From the NCBI RefSeq assembly GCF_009914755.1, contig NC_060928.1: a stretch of 64,000 nucleotides of DNA; one strand, 5' to 3'. The notes under the pieces are model-generated. The model searched no databases. It was not told the origin of the DNA and was given only the letters and a program-made list of their open reading frames with translations. The position numbers and the translations under genes were made by a program. The DNA comes from the human T2T-CHM13v2.0 reference genome, Homo sapiens. Shown one piece after another: positions 44,376-61,776 of this stretch; the first letter of the stretch is position 1; every line of letters begins with the position of its first letter.

Positions 44376-45756
44376 CTTTGGCAGGAAGATTTTTATCCTC
44401 ATTTAATAGTTTAGGAAACTGAGGCTCACATGGTTAAGCAAATTTTAACCAGAATCTGAACACAGAAGGGAGACAGAGGGAAAAAGAATATGAGGGAAGA
44501 TAGAGAGGTGTGTGGAAAAGATGAGGGAAGGCAGGAAGGCAAGAAAGGGAGAGAAGGAGCACAGATTACAGGAAGAAGAGAGAAGTCCAGGGAAACAGAG
44601 AGAGAAGCATGATGGGAAGTAGATCACTCTCCATACTGCACCCCCTTCCACCACCTCCACAGTGCTGGAACCACATAAGCAACAGCAACTCATTTTTATG
44701 CTTCCACAACCTGCTACTCCCTAAGTCTTTCACTAATTTGCCAAAATATATTCTTTCTTCAAATAGTATCAATTTGTAAGTTTGAAATTATTTCCAAATA
44801 AAAAGGTTAAAATAATAGTCAACTTTAGTAAAGAAGAGCTTTGTTTGTGAGCAATTGTCAGATCCCTGGAACTTGTCAGCCTCTCCACTTTTAAGCAGAG
44901 CTGGCCCTCCATCTCCTTTTGGCCGCCTTTTGCCCCTGCCTCATGTGGTACCTTGGTTGCCCCAGAACTAATTATGGAATCCCACGTGGACATGGCTTTC
45001 CTGTGCACTACTCTGAGGTTCTTGAACTTTCCCTATTTTCATTCTCTCTATTAAAACAACGCTCCTGTGTCTCATATCCAGAAGACCTTCCTCTCTGGCA
45101 GTGGAATAATCATGTAAATCAGTTCTTGAGAGCCTAAAATGCATATCTCATTTAAAACAACATTAAGAGAAAAGATTAATGGAAAAATAACAGGAAGTAT
45201 TGAAGCCAAGAAATATTGTAAGTAAACAGGCCTTTTGCCATGTCCCAAATCATACCACATCTGTACCTCTACTCTCTAACAAAACTTGTTTTGCTAGAAC
45301 AATAAATGGGTGTAAGACAAAAGAAAACAGCAGAGACTCTATTTAGCATAATACCTCAAAGATTTAAAGCTGACATTATTTTTAATATAATAATGCACTA
45401 TAAGAAAAATTGAGCAAGCTTAGGAGACCTTTCAAAATCAAAGAAAGATCAAGACTATCAACATAATAAGACACTGGGATTATACCCTAAGAGGTGCCCA
45501 GCCTTAGCAAGGGAGCAGCCTGCTCTTATTATATGTCACCTAGAAGTTAGATCAGGATACCGTCTTTTTCATTAGTCTCTCTTCCTACCTGCTACATCTG
45601 AACCACCCTCATCCCAGGTGCTTCCAGGGAAAAAAAAAAACAAAAACCAAATTTAACAACTGATGGCTCAAGCCAAAGCCTGAGAGAATAAAGTAGGACT
45701 GTGTGAGTGTGTGTTTGCAGGGGCAGGGGCAGGGGCAGGTGGATGAAAACACTCAC

Positions 45757-45817
45757 GGCCAGTGGTGGAGGCAGGGTAGAGAAGACATCTGCAGTTGATG
45801 TCGAGACGGCTGTGCAA
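45757..45817 (-). other. Candidate internal exon (61 nt) of an unidentified transcript
   Basis: Minus strand reads ttttttcttttctacag|TTGCAC...TGGCC|gtgagt; unique sequence, all three frames open. Confidence 0.4.
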
Positions 45818-47113
45818 CTGTAGAAAAGAAAAAATGACTTCACCACTCCCTACTTTTCTCAGATGTGCCTCAATGTTTAATAGTGAGTTTTTTTTATAAT
45901 AGACAGTACATTTGCCCTTCTAAACATTAACAGCATCGCTAAGAGGTTACATAAATAAGCATTTCCTTTGTAGATTACATAAGCAGGTCATCATTGCTTT
46001 ACGGCGGTACAAAGGGGAAAATTTTCATCCTACTGCTTTGCCTTTTATGAGATGAGGCTGAAAATGATTTTCTACTTATTTTCTCTCCTTGATCTTTTCT
46101 ACCACCTTTCAGATCAATAAAATATGATAACAGTGACTCACAACTTTCCTACAAGAGTTTGTCAGAAGAGCTCTTAGGAATGATTCCATTCTAAATAAGC
46201 GAAGCTTTCACCTTTGTGCCTACTCATTCGATTCATGTGTGTTCATTCAACCATTAATTAAATAGGTAACAGCATCCATTGAATGCATTGTGCCGAGGCT
46301 GTGTCCTAAGTCTCTGTTCCATCAATGCTCAGGAAACTGTCATAGACTGCTATTTATTAAAATGAACCTTAGAAAAAATAAGGCAAACTTAGTTCTGTGT
46401 GCTATTATTGCTTCTCAATAGAGATACTCTTATGATCTAAAGTTGATAAATAATCTATGATTTTGTAATGTGTATTCCACATTTCATCTTTTCCCTTTTG
46501 CAGCTCTATTTTTTAATAAAGCCTGTGTTATTTTTAAAGACAAAAATCCTACACATATTTCTTACATTGCAAACAAACAAAAATTCATTTTACCAAGATC
46601 TTTCATTCCAGAAGCCCTTACATATCCTTATGTGAAAAGATTGCTCTAGGGCTTCTCACCTGCCTTATGAAAGCAACTCAGTTGCAACAGCTAAAACCTC
46701 ATTTTGAAATTTGAAAGTTGAACCAAGAGTAACATTAGACAGTAACTCACCCCAACAAGGAAATAAAGAACAATATTTCTATGTAACTATATAGAATAAC
46801 CAGGGTATAAACAAACAAAAACTCTGACTACATTAAGTAATAAGTGAATTTATTATGAGGATATGGATATGCTCAGGATTAAGGCAAAAGTTAAAGAATC
46901 AGTCTCAGAAAGAAATAGAAAGTAGGCAGTTCAACACAGTAGCAGGAAAGAACTGACAGTCTCTTCTGCTAGAATGAACTCCAGTGCCCTTACACCCTTT
47001 CCCCTGCTCACAAAATTCCTTTTCAACAGCAGGGATGGAAAGGGGGCATCCAACGACTCCACTGGGTACTCTGAGTGACATCCGCCACACTGATTCCAAT
47101 GGGACAGAGGCAG

Positions 47114-47432
47114 AGTATTAGTTTCCTATGGCTGCTATAACAAATCACTGCAAATCAGGTGGCTTAAAGCAACAAAAATGTATTCTTTCACAGTTCTAGA
47201 GGCCAGAGTTCAACATCAGTTTCACTGGGCTGAAATCAAAGTATAGGCAGGGACTAGGCCTCCCTCTTAGAAGGATAGATATGGTTTCATCTAGGATAAT
47301 CCAAGATAATCTGCCATCTCAACATCTTTAATTTAGTCCCATCTGCAAACTTCTTTTGCTATACCAAGGAACAGTCACAGGTTCTAGGGATTAGGACCTT
47401 GCTACTTTTGGGGGAACATTTTTCAGCCTATC
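47114..47432 (-). mobile_element. MLT1 (C/D-like) LTR
   Basis: gtattagtttcctatggctgctataacaaatcactgcaaa..ggtggcttaaagcaacaaaaatgtattctttcacagttctagagg. Confidence 0.85.
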
Positions 47433-47479
47433 ACTGGCACAGGCAGAGTGTAGGTACTGGCATCAAAAGAACAGGATAG

Positions 47480-48100
47480 CCAAAAATTTGAAGCAATCAA
47501 AATGCCCTTCAATAGGTGAATGGATGAACATTCATTCAACAGAATGGTACATTGATACAACAGAATATTATGCAGTAGTAAAAAGAAATGGGCCATCAAG
47601 CCATGAAAAAACATGGAGGACCCTTAAACACACATTATTAAGCGACACAGCCAGTCTGAAAAGGCTACATCCCATATGATTCCAATTATGTGACATTCTG
47701 GAAAAGGGAAAATTAGACACTGAAAAGATCCATGGTTGACAGAGGTTTGGGGGAGTGAGGGAGAATAGGGAAGGGATGAATAGATGAAGCACGGAGAATT
47801 TTGAGGGGTGGTGAAACTATCCTGTACAATGCTGTAATGGTGGATACATAACACTATACATTTGTCACAACCCAACTGTACAACATAAGGAGTAGACCGT
47901 GATATAAACTCTGGACTTTAGTTAATAATATTTCAATATTGGTTCATCAATTGTAACAAATGTACCACACTAATGCAAAATGTTAATAATTGGGGAAACT
48001 GGGAGGAAATAAAGGAAGTATTTGGGAACTATCTGTATTTTCTCTTAAATTTTTCTATGACCCGAAGCTGCTCTAAGTTATAAAATCCATTCACTTTTTG
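47480..48100 (+). mobile_element. L1MC/MD-type 3' end
   Basis: ccagtctgaaaaggctacat and tattggttcatcaattgtaacaaatgtaccacactaatgcaa. Confidence 0.8.
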
Positions 48101-48607
48101 AAAAAGAATAGACCATATGCTGAGGAGCCATAAGAATAATAATAAGAATCTCAGATAAACTGACTTTCAAAGTCAGATTCCATTACAGCTTCCAAGCCGG
48201 CTGCGTCTTGCCCCAGTTCTCATGGAACACTGGACAAATCAGTACATTTGTTATTATGTGATATCATAAGAACAAAGATAGTATGAATACCATAGCCTGT
48301 AAATAATCAAAATGTAGTATCATTTATAAAATATAAAATCATTTAAGTAGTAAACAAACTGCCTTCTTCCAACCCTAATCACATCCCCGAATACTTAACA
48401 TGTGTGAGTAATGAAATGATACAAGTTTCACCTCCTTTTCCCTCCCCAGATTACCTCTGTAAGAAGTGTTAAATACGAGGAGAAAAGGCCAAAAGGAAAT
48501 CACAAAATGGATGAAATAATGAAATAATGGATGAAAAATATGGGCATGAGAAATCCACAAATTGTACCTTCATTCTCCAAACTAATTGTTCTTTAAAAAC
48601 CCACCTT

Positions 48608-48725
48608 AGCCAGGCTCATTGGTGCACACCTGTAGTTCCAGCTCAGGGGGCTGAAGTGGGAGGATTGCTTGAGCCCAGGAGTTTGAGACCAGCTGGGGCA
48701 ACATATTAAGACTCCATATGTTAAA
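48608..48725 (+). mobile_element. Alu monomer (FLAM-like)
   Basis: cacctgtagttccagct..gggaggattgcttgagcccaggagtttgagaccagc. Confidence 0.8.
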
Positions 48726-49210
48726 AATTGGTTAAATAATTAATTTTGTTTAAAAAGCCTTGCCCTAATTTAATATCAGAGGGCTGAAGGAAAAAGCTTC
48801 AGTTTGCAGATGAATCTCTAACCTGAAAATTCATAATCGGAGTATGGCACTGGGTGGTGTAATTAGCTTACTCCCACTGCCAGGCCCCTCTGACAGCACC
48901 TCATCAGAAGTCAGAGAAGATGAGGGGTGGGAAAGAAGGTGCGGGGGAGAGTTCTTTGAAGGGAGCAGAAAATAGACTATTGAAATGAGAATAATTCTGT
49001 CCAGTAAAAGTTGACTGAATAAATCATTTCCAATAATTGATTTGTCCTGGCACATTTGTGCTGCTGGAATTTCAGCTGATACCTATTTTAAGCCTCCAAG
49101 TCCTCCCTTCCTTTAAAATAAAGTTACAGTTTCATATACCTTGGAGCACTATTGGATCGATCATTTCTGTGGCCCCTAAATTATAGCTTACCAATCATTG
49201 TGAAGTTTTT

Positions 49211-49518
49211 CTTTTTTTTTTTTTTTTTTGAGACGGAGTCTCGCTGTGTCGCCCAGGCTGGAGTGCAGTGCCGTGATCTCGGCTCACTGCAGCCCCCACC
49301 TCCCAGGTTCAAGCAATTATCTGCCTTAGCCTTCCGAGTAGCTGGGATTACAGGTGCCTGCCACCACACCCAGCTAATTTTTTTGTATTTTTAGTAGAGA
49401 CAGGTTTCACCATCTTGGTCAGGTCAGGCTGGTCTTGAACTCCTGACCTCATGATCCACCCGCCTTGGCCTCCCAAAGTGCTAGGATTATTTACAGGCAT
49501 GAGCCACCATGCCCAGCC
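49211..49518 (-). mobile_element. AluS (Sc/Sg-like) element
   Basis: Reverse dimeric Alu; TSD-like tcattgtg(a/g)agt. Confidence 0.95.
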
Positions 49519-50842
49519 TTCATTGTGGAGTATTTTCAAAGGGATAGTAATCCCTGAAAACTCAACCCCTAAGAAAACATTAATTCTCAACCTCTCCATA
49601 CAAAGTGTTTCATGTGCATGTGAGCTCTAGCACACTGTCTACACAGTGCAGGCCAAATTCGAATCTGAAGAGTTACACTCTGCCATTTCATTAAAGTCCT
49701 GCCAATTCAAGTGAGGTAGCACTTCTCAAGGGAAGAAAAACAAGTACAAGGTTCCTATTGCAGAATATTCTGACATTCTGTCTCCTGTGCCTGCAGTCTA
49801 TTATGAGCAATATATTTGCAGAATCACATACCAAAAAATAATATTTTCAGTTCCCTCCTCTAATTCTCTGGAGTTATATGCATATCTTGAAGCCTGATTC
49901 TCCCACTTTCTGCCTCATTCATTGACACATTCAAGAACCACTCACCCTTAATTCCATCACCTGCCCCAAATACATAAAAACAAGCCTTCCCAACACACAA
50001 CCAGCCAACCTCTTGGTTATTTTACTCTTCATACTGTGCCAATTTATAGATACCTATTTCTTTAAAACTCTCCTAATTTCCTTTATTGTTTCAGATGAAC
50101 ATCTGAAATGCCATAAGAGCATCCCTTCTGCAAAGTTATATTGCAAGTTTTAATTATAAGAAAATGCCAAATTTGCATATAAAGGGCTATATCACTTGTT
50201 TATGAGCACAGAGATTTCCTGAGCTGCTACAGACTTTGCAGTCCCTGTCACCTCAAACACAAGACAAAATATGAAGACTGTGCTGTTTTGTGATTCCAGA
50301 CTCAGTTATGTTGCTAACAGATGTAATGGCACCAGTTCTATCAGTGAACAGTAGTAAGCCAGAAAGGAGAACTGTGTGAAGGTCTGTTTCTCTTCACTCT
50401 AGACTGATAAGGATCCTTAATCAGCAAGACTAGGGGAATACTTATCTTCACTCTGTGGACCCTGTGGTCTCCACTAAGTTCAGCTATTTCTTGCTCCAGG
50501 GCCTCTATAATTACAGTTTTAGTCTTTGCTTATGCCCATATGCAAAGTATTCAGGTAGCCAGCATTTATTAGTTGATTTTCTGCAGAGGCCTCTGCTTCT
50601 ATGTCCACATTCAGAGGTATTTAATACCTACGTATATGCCTGGCCCTGGTTTAGGCAATGGGAATAAACCAGTAAACAAAACAGACTCTCTTTCATCCAC
50701 ACATTCTGAAAAATAAACGCTTCTTGCTTCCCACATTACTACTGCTTTCAGAATCTTCTCTAAACCTGTCCTGCATCTGCACTCCTTCTCCCAGCATGAT
50801 CCTGGGAAATCCATAATTCTCCTGCATAATCCCTGTCACTAA

Positions 50843-51165
<323 letters not shown>

Positions 51166-51679
51166 GAGACTTGTTTTAAACATTTCTTAACAGTAGTGTG
51201 GAAGTTTTCAATCTATGCAGAAAATAATTCGCTCATTGAGCAAAATTATGTATGATGCCACAACACTCTCCCAGTACACATCCATCTCAAAAGGTGTTTC
51301 TCTTCAACCATTCTAAGCCAACTATCCTTAGGACCCCCTAAGGATGGTAGTTTACAAGGAGGTCTTAGTGGATATTCCTGGGGTAGATTATCAAATAGCA
51401 TTACATGGATAACACAGTCTTTACCCTAATTTACAAAGTGGAAGTAACCCCCATGATTTGATCATTTCTCTCTTTATAAATATAGGCTAAGGTTGGCAAT
51501 GCTTAAATTAGTATACAAATTTGGGGTAGAGGAAGGGAGATTTTTGCCACCTAGTACTGCCAAATACTACAAACTCACTGTTCCTCTCATTTGTTATTGT
51601 GACATAGAACATTGCAATTAGCACTTTCACATGAAAGGCAACCAGACAGAAACTGGAATACTGTTAAAATCAAACTACC

Positions 51680-51865
51680 AGCCTGGATAATATAGTAAGA
51701 TCTTGTCTCTATTAAAAAATTATTTTAAAAATTAAACTACCAGGCTGAGCACAGTGGCTCACACCTATAAGCCCAGCACTTTGGAAAGCTGAGGCAAGAG
51801 GATCACTTGAGGCCAGTTCGAGACCAGACTGGGCAATATAGTGAGGCCCCATCACTACAAAATAA
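51680..51865 (+). mobile_element. FLAM-like Alu monomer preceded by a short Alu fragment
   Basis: cagcctggataatatagtaagatcttgtctct, then ggctgagcacagtggctcacacc... Confidence 0.75.
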
Positions 51866-51899
51866 TTTTTTTAATCAATCTACCAATAGTTTGGTACCA

Positions 51900-52290
51900 T
51901 TTTTAATTGACAAATAAATGAAAACAGCTGAACTATCTATGGTATAATGCATAAGTAAATTGTGGGTTTATCCAGTGGAAAACTGCACAGCAATGAAAAT
52001 GAACAAATTACAATTCCATGATATGGTCAGATGTCACAAACATAATGTTAAGCAAGAAAAGCCACACCCAAAATAATACCTACCATGATGATTCCATTTA
52101 TAAAAAGTTCAAATATGTACAGAGCTAAACTATAGCATTAGAAGTTAGACTAACAGTTACCCATGAGGAGGCAGTCACTGTAAGGGTATAATTGGAGCTT
52201 CATGGGTGCTGATTATGTTTTTTGACATGAGGACTGGTTACACAGATGTATTCTTTTTCTGAATATCATTTATTTGTAAACTTAAAACTT
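51900..52290 (+). mobile_element. Ancient L1ME 3' end, host of L1-B (resumes ~58450-58500)
   Basis: cacagcaatgaaaatgaac and tgattccatttataaaaagttcaaa; continues tgtgtatttttctatatgcattttatacttcaataaaaa after L1-B. Confidence 0.7.
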
Positions 52291-52390
52291 GTGGCCAAGA
52301 TGGCCGAATAGGAACAGCTCTGGTCTGCAGCTCCCAGCATGACTGATGCAGAAGATGGGTGATTTCTGCATTTCAACTGAGGAAACTGGC

Positions 52391-52723
52391 TCATCTCACT
52401 GGGACTGGTTGAACAGTGGGTGCAGCCCACAGAGGGCGAGCCAAAGCAGGGCAGGTCGTCGCTTCACCCAGGAAGTGCAAGGGGTCAGGGGAATTCCCTT
52501 TCCTAGTCAAGGGAAGCCATGACAGACTGCACCTGTAAAAACAGGACACTCCTGCCCAAATACTGCAATTTTCCCAAGGTCTTAACAACCAGCAGACGAG
52601 GAGATTCTCTCCCGTGCCTGGCTCGGCAGGTCCCATGCTCACAGAGCCTTGCTCACTGCTAGCCCAGCAGTCTGAGATTAAACTGTGAGGTGGCAGCCTG
52701 GTTGGGGGAGGGGCGTCCACCAT
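52391..52723 (-). other. ORF0 homologue in the L1-B 5'UTR, open for 110 aa
   Basis: MVDAPPPTRLPPHSLISDCWASSEQGSVSMGPAEPG aligns with primate L1 ORF0 MAGAPPPASLPPCSLISDCCASNQRDSVGVGPSEPG. Confidence 0.7.
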
Positions 52724-53308
52724 TGCTGAGGCTTGAGTAGGTAAACAAAGTGGCCTGGAAGCTCGCACTGAGCGGAGTCCACCACAGCTCAGCAAGGCCT
52801 ACTGCCTCTATAGGCTAGACTTCTGTGGGCAGGGCATAGCTGAACAAAAGGCAGCAGACAACTTCTGCAGACTTAAATGTCCCTGTCTGACAGCTCTTAA
52901 GAGAGCAGTGGTTCTTCCAGCACGGTGTTTGAGCTCTGAGAATGGACAGACTGCCTTCTCAAGTGGGTCCCTGAACCCCGTGTATCCTAACTGGGAGACA
53001 TCTCCCAGTAAGGGCAGACAGACACCTCATATAGGCACGTGCCCCTCTGGGATGAAGCTTCCAGAGGAAAAGGATCAGGCAGCAATATTTGCTGTTCTGC
53101 AGCCTCTGCTGGTGATGCCCAGGCAAACAGGGTCTGGAGTGGACCTCCAGCAAACTCCAGCAGACCTGCAGCTGAGGGACCTGACTGCTAGAAGGAAAAC
53201 TGACAAACAGAAAGGAATAGCATCAACATCAACAAAAAGGACATCTACACAAAAACCCCATCTGTAGGTCACCAACATCGAAGATCACAGTTAGATAAAA
53301 CCACAAAG

Positions 53309-54332
53309 ATGAAGGAGAGACCAGAGCAGAAAAGCTGAAAATTCTGAAAATCAGAGCACCTCTACTCCTCCAAAGGATCACAGCTCCTCACCAGCAATGG
53401 AACAAAGCTGGTTGGAGAATGCCTTTGATGAGTTGACAGAAGTAGGCTCGGAGGGTCGGTAATAACAAACTTCTCTGAGCTAAATGAGCATGTTCTAACC
53501 CATCACAAGGAAGCTAAAAAACCTTGAAAAAAGGTTAGCTGAATTACTAACTTGAATAAACAGTGTAGAAAAGAACATAAATGACCTGATGGAGCTGAAA
53601 ACCATGGCATGAGAACTTCATGATGCATGCACAAGCTTCAATAGCTGATACAATCAAGTGGAAAAAAGGGTATCAGTGATGGAAGATCAAATTAATGAAA
53701 TATGGTGAGAACACAAGGTTAGAGAAAAAAGAGTAAAAAGAAATGAACAAAGGCTTCAAGAAACATGGGACTATGTGAAAAGACTAAATCTACATTTGAT
53801 TGGTGTACCTGAAAGTGATGAGAATGGAACCAAGTTGGAAAACACTCTGCAAGATATTATACAGGAGAACTTCCCCAACCTAGCAAAGCAGGCCAACATT
53901 CAAACTCAGGAAATACAGAGAACACCACAAAGATACTCCTCGAGAAGAGCAACCCCAAGATACGTAATTATCAGATTTGCCAAGGTTGAAATAAAGGAAA
54001 AAATGTTAACGGCAGCCAGACAGAAAGGTCGGGTTACCCACAAAGGGAAGCCCATCAGACTAACAGCGGATCACTCAGCAGAAGCACTACAAGCCAGAAG
54101 AGAGTAGGGGCCAACATTCAACATTCTTAAAGAAAAGAATTTTCAACCCAGAATTTCATTTCCAGCCAAACTAAGCTTCGTAAGTGAAGGAGAAATAAAA
54201 TCCTTTATAGATGAGCAAATGCTGAGAGATTTTGTCATCACCAGGCCTGCCTTACAAGAGCTCCTGAAGGAAGCACTAAACATGGAAAGGAATAACTGGT
54301 ACCAGCCACCATAAAAACATGCCAAATTGTAA
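53309..54332 (+). pseudogene. L1 ORF1p remnant
   Basis: KRLNLHLIGVPESD..IIQENFPNLAKQANIQ fragment; frameshifts and stops. Confidence 0.92.
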
Positions 54333-54395
54333 AGACCATTGATGCTATGAAGAAACTGCATCAACTAATGTACAAAATAACCAGCTAGCATCATA

Positions 54396-58224
<3,829 letters not shown>

Positions 58225-59270
58225 GCAATGAGAACACTTGGACACAGCACAGGGAACATCACACCCCAGGGCCTGTCGTGGGGTGGGGAACTGTGGGGAG
58301 GGATAGGATTAGGAGAAATATCTAATGTCAATGACGAGTTGATGGGTGCAGCAAACCAACATGGCACAAGTATACCTATGTATCAAACCTGCACTTTGTG
58401 CACATGTACCCTGAAACTTAAATTATATTTTAAAAAAGTAAAACTTGTGTATTTTTCTATATGCATTTTATACTTCAATAAAAATTATCAAAAATAAAAA
58501 TAAAACTATCATTAAATAACCTAAGCAAATTTTAAAATCTAAGGTGATAGAATGATCACTCATCCATGACAAACAATAGATGATAGCTTAAAATATTTCC
58601 CATGACACCACCCAGATGATTTGGGACATCTGCAGCAGTGAATTTAAACTTTAGCTAGTGACTAAAAATCGGTGACTGTAAAATAATTCATCTACCAAAA
58701 GTCTTTATAGTAACAGTCAAGAAAATAGAAAAGTTGGATGTCATAAAAATTAATGGAAAAGAAGAGGCAATTTTTGCTGCATATTTATATTTGACAACTA
58801 ATTCAAAAACCCACAGATTAACAATTATAGTAGCTATATGTGTCATAATAACATTCACAATCTGGCTCAGATTGTCTATTATGCATCACCTATTAACTCT
58901 AACACTAAAAATAAATTTAAAGAATTATGTTTTTCGTATGCAATCAAGTTGTAATATCTTTGGAGTATATGCAACATTGTTAAAAGAATTTAATCAACTT
59001 TTACAGCTAAGATCAGAACACTGTTAGGTCCAAGGAGACAGAATGAGAAAGAGATGATACTGGAACAGGTATTGGGACCTGTTAGACTAACCCTAGCAAC
59101 AGGAGAGCCCATGGTTCCCAGCTTCATCTCTTGCCATGTCTTGTACCACAATGTGCATTTTACATTTCATATCTACCCAAGTACTTTCATCTCCCCTAAC
59201 ACATTGTTTAAATGGTCCCTCTACACTGTATGCATCTCCCTCCCCTAGCTACCTGACAAACACCTGATTT

Positions 59271-59509
59271 TCTTCTCTTCAACTTTTATTTTAAGTTCTG
59301 GGGTACATGTGCAGGATGTGCAGGTTTGTTACATAGGTAAATGTGTGCCATGTGGTTTGCTTCACAGATCAATCCATCACCCAAGCATTAAGCCCAGCAT
59401 CCATTAGCTATTCTTCCTGATGCTCTCCCTCCCCCTGCCTCTGATAACAGGCCCCAGTGTGTGTTGTTCCCCTAAATGTGTCCATGTGTTCTCATCATTC
59501 AGCTCCCAC
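59271..59509 (-). mobile_element. Short L1PA8/10-like 3' end
   Basis: aacttttattttaagttctggggtacatgtgcaggatgtgcagg; TSD aca(c/a)ctgattt. Confidence 0.9.
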
Positions 59510-59980
59510 GAACAACTGATTTAATTTTAAGATCCCACTCACATATAATCAGCTTTCTGAAGCTTTTTTAACCCCCATGTTTTCCCTCTTACTCAGTTAA
59601 AAATCACTAACCCTTTCTTTTATGCCCACTCTCTATGCACATTATTGCCCCAACCCCTTTAATTCGCATCACATGACTTCTTTCATATTTGCCTGTCCCG
59701 AGGACAATAGATGGCAGGCCTCCTCTGATTCGTATTCGTGTCAATATTACTTAGCACAGTATCCATGTCACCTAGTACATCTCAGATAGGCACAGTTCTC
59801 GGTAAATATTTTTTGAATCAGTGAGTATCAGTAAATATTTCTTGAATCATTGAGCCAATTATCTGAAGGCTATTCAACTGAAAATCTAACCTTCTGCTCA
59901 AATGAAACCTACTATACCTAACTACATAAATTTAATAGGATTTAGAGTAAAGTTTCGAAAGTAAAAAGACTGAGTTTTGA

Positions 59981-60314
<334 letters not shown>

Positions 60315-60719
60315 GATGAGTTCTTTCTAACCCACACCCATCAGTTAAAGATGTTGAGTAGGGAAAAGGGCATTGACTCCTCACAAGCAAACAATTCTAT
60401 AAGTGACTTCCACATCATAGCTCAAGATATTTGAAGCACATAGAACACAAAACACCACTGAATCCCCCAAACAGTCCTGGGATGTAGTCAACAACAAAAA
60501 CCATCTAATTTTTTTTTCTCTTTTAAGCTCATTTCCCAATCCAAATTCTTCACCCCCAACCCATAGACAAACGTTCTTCTAAGTTTAAGGTATAACTGTG
60601 TGATCTTGCCAAGTGTATAAGTTTGTCTTATATGCATGTGTTTTTATTAAATGTAAATTATAATTTCAGATGCATACATGTATACACATATACATTTACA
60701 CACTTGCCTATAGACAATC

Positions 60720-60760
60720 TCTCTCACACACACACGCACACACACACATACACACACACA
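60720..60760 (+). repeat. (CA)n microsatellite
   Basis: Directly visible. Confidence 0.85.
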
Positions 60761-61514
60761 TTTCTATTTTCACTCAACATGATGCTTTAAGCTCCCTCCA
60801 GGTTGCTATGTCTAACTGCTGTAAAGCACTCTGTAGATGCGTCTCTCACATTTTACCTACCCACTTTCCCAGCCATTATTACCCAGTTTCCACTTATTCC
60901 CCAACGTCACAAATAGTGCCATGAAAAACATCCTCATATGTGTCCCCTATGAAATACGCTTAGATGTTTCTTTGAGGTTTATACCCAGGAGCGAAATTGC
61001 TGGGTTACATGGTTTGTTTATATTTAATATGACCAACTATGGCCATATCGCTTTCCAGAACACCTGTACTATGCTGTCACCATCAATCCATGAAGATTCT
61101 ATATTCCCGCATCACCAGCAATGCTCCAGCACCTCCCAGCAGAGCTGATATACAATAAACTGTGTGTATTTGAAATGCACAAGTTAATAAGTTTTAAAAT
61201 TTGTATAAACATGAAACTATTATGACAATCAAGATAACAAGAATATTCATCACTTTCAAAAGTATCCTCATAACTTATTCTTGTCTTTCTGTTTTCCATT
61301 TCATTGATTTCTGCATTGATCTTTGTTTTTCTTATTACTTTGAGTTTCATTCACTCTTCTTATGGTTTCTTTAATTGGAAGCTGAGACCAATTTAAGAAA
61401 CATTTTTCTCTAATATAGGCATTTACAGCATTAAATATCCCCTAAGTACTGCTTTAGATATAGTCCACAAAATTTTATACATTGTACTTTTATTATTAAA
61501 ATGTGTTAGTTTCC

Positions 61515-61776
61515 CTTTGGGAGGCCCAGGCCGGCGGATCACCTGAGGTCAGGAGTTCAAGACCAGCCTGGCTAACATGGTGAAACCCCATTTCTACTAA
61601 AAGTACAAAAAATTACCTGGGCGTGGTGGTGTGCACCTGTAATCTTAGCTACTCGGGAGGCTGGGACAGGAGAATTACTTGAACTGGGGAGGCAGAGGTT
61701 TCAGTGAGCCAAGATTGCACCATTGCACTCCAGCTTGGGCAACAAGAGCATAACTCCATCTCAAAAAAAAAAAAAA
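61515..61776 (+). mobile_element. 5'-truncated AluS element
   Basis: Starts at ctttgggagg; poly(A); TSD-like gt(g/a)ttagt(t/c)tcc. Confidence 0.93.

Noticed and set aside
45718-45740. G-quadruplex candidate (ggggca)3gg
   Set aside because: Only three full G-runs; marginal.
50446-50504. Protein-like minus-strand stretch EALEQEIAELSGDHRVHRVK
   Set aside because: It is followed by ATAAGT rather than GTAAGT and lacks a polypyrimidine acceptor, so it is not supportable as an exon.
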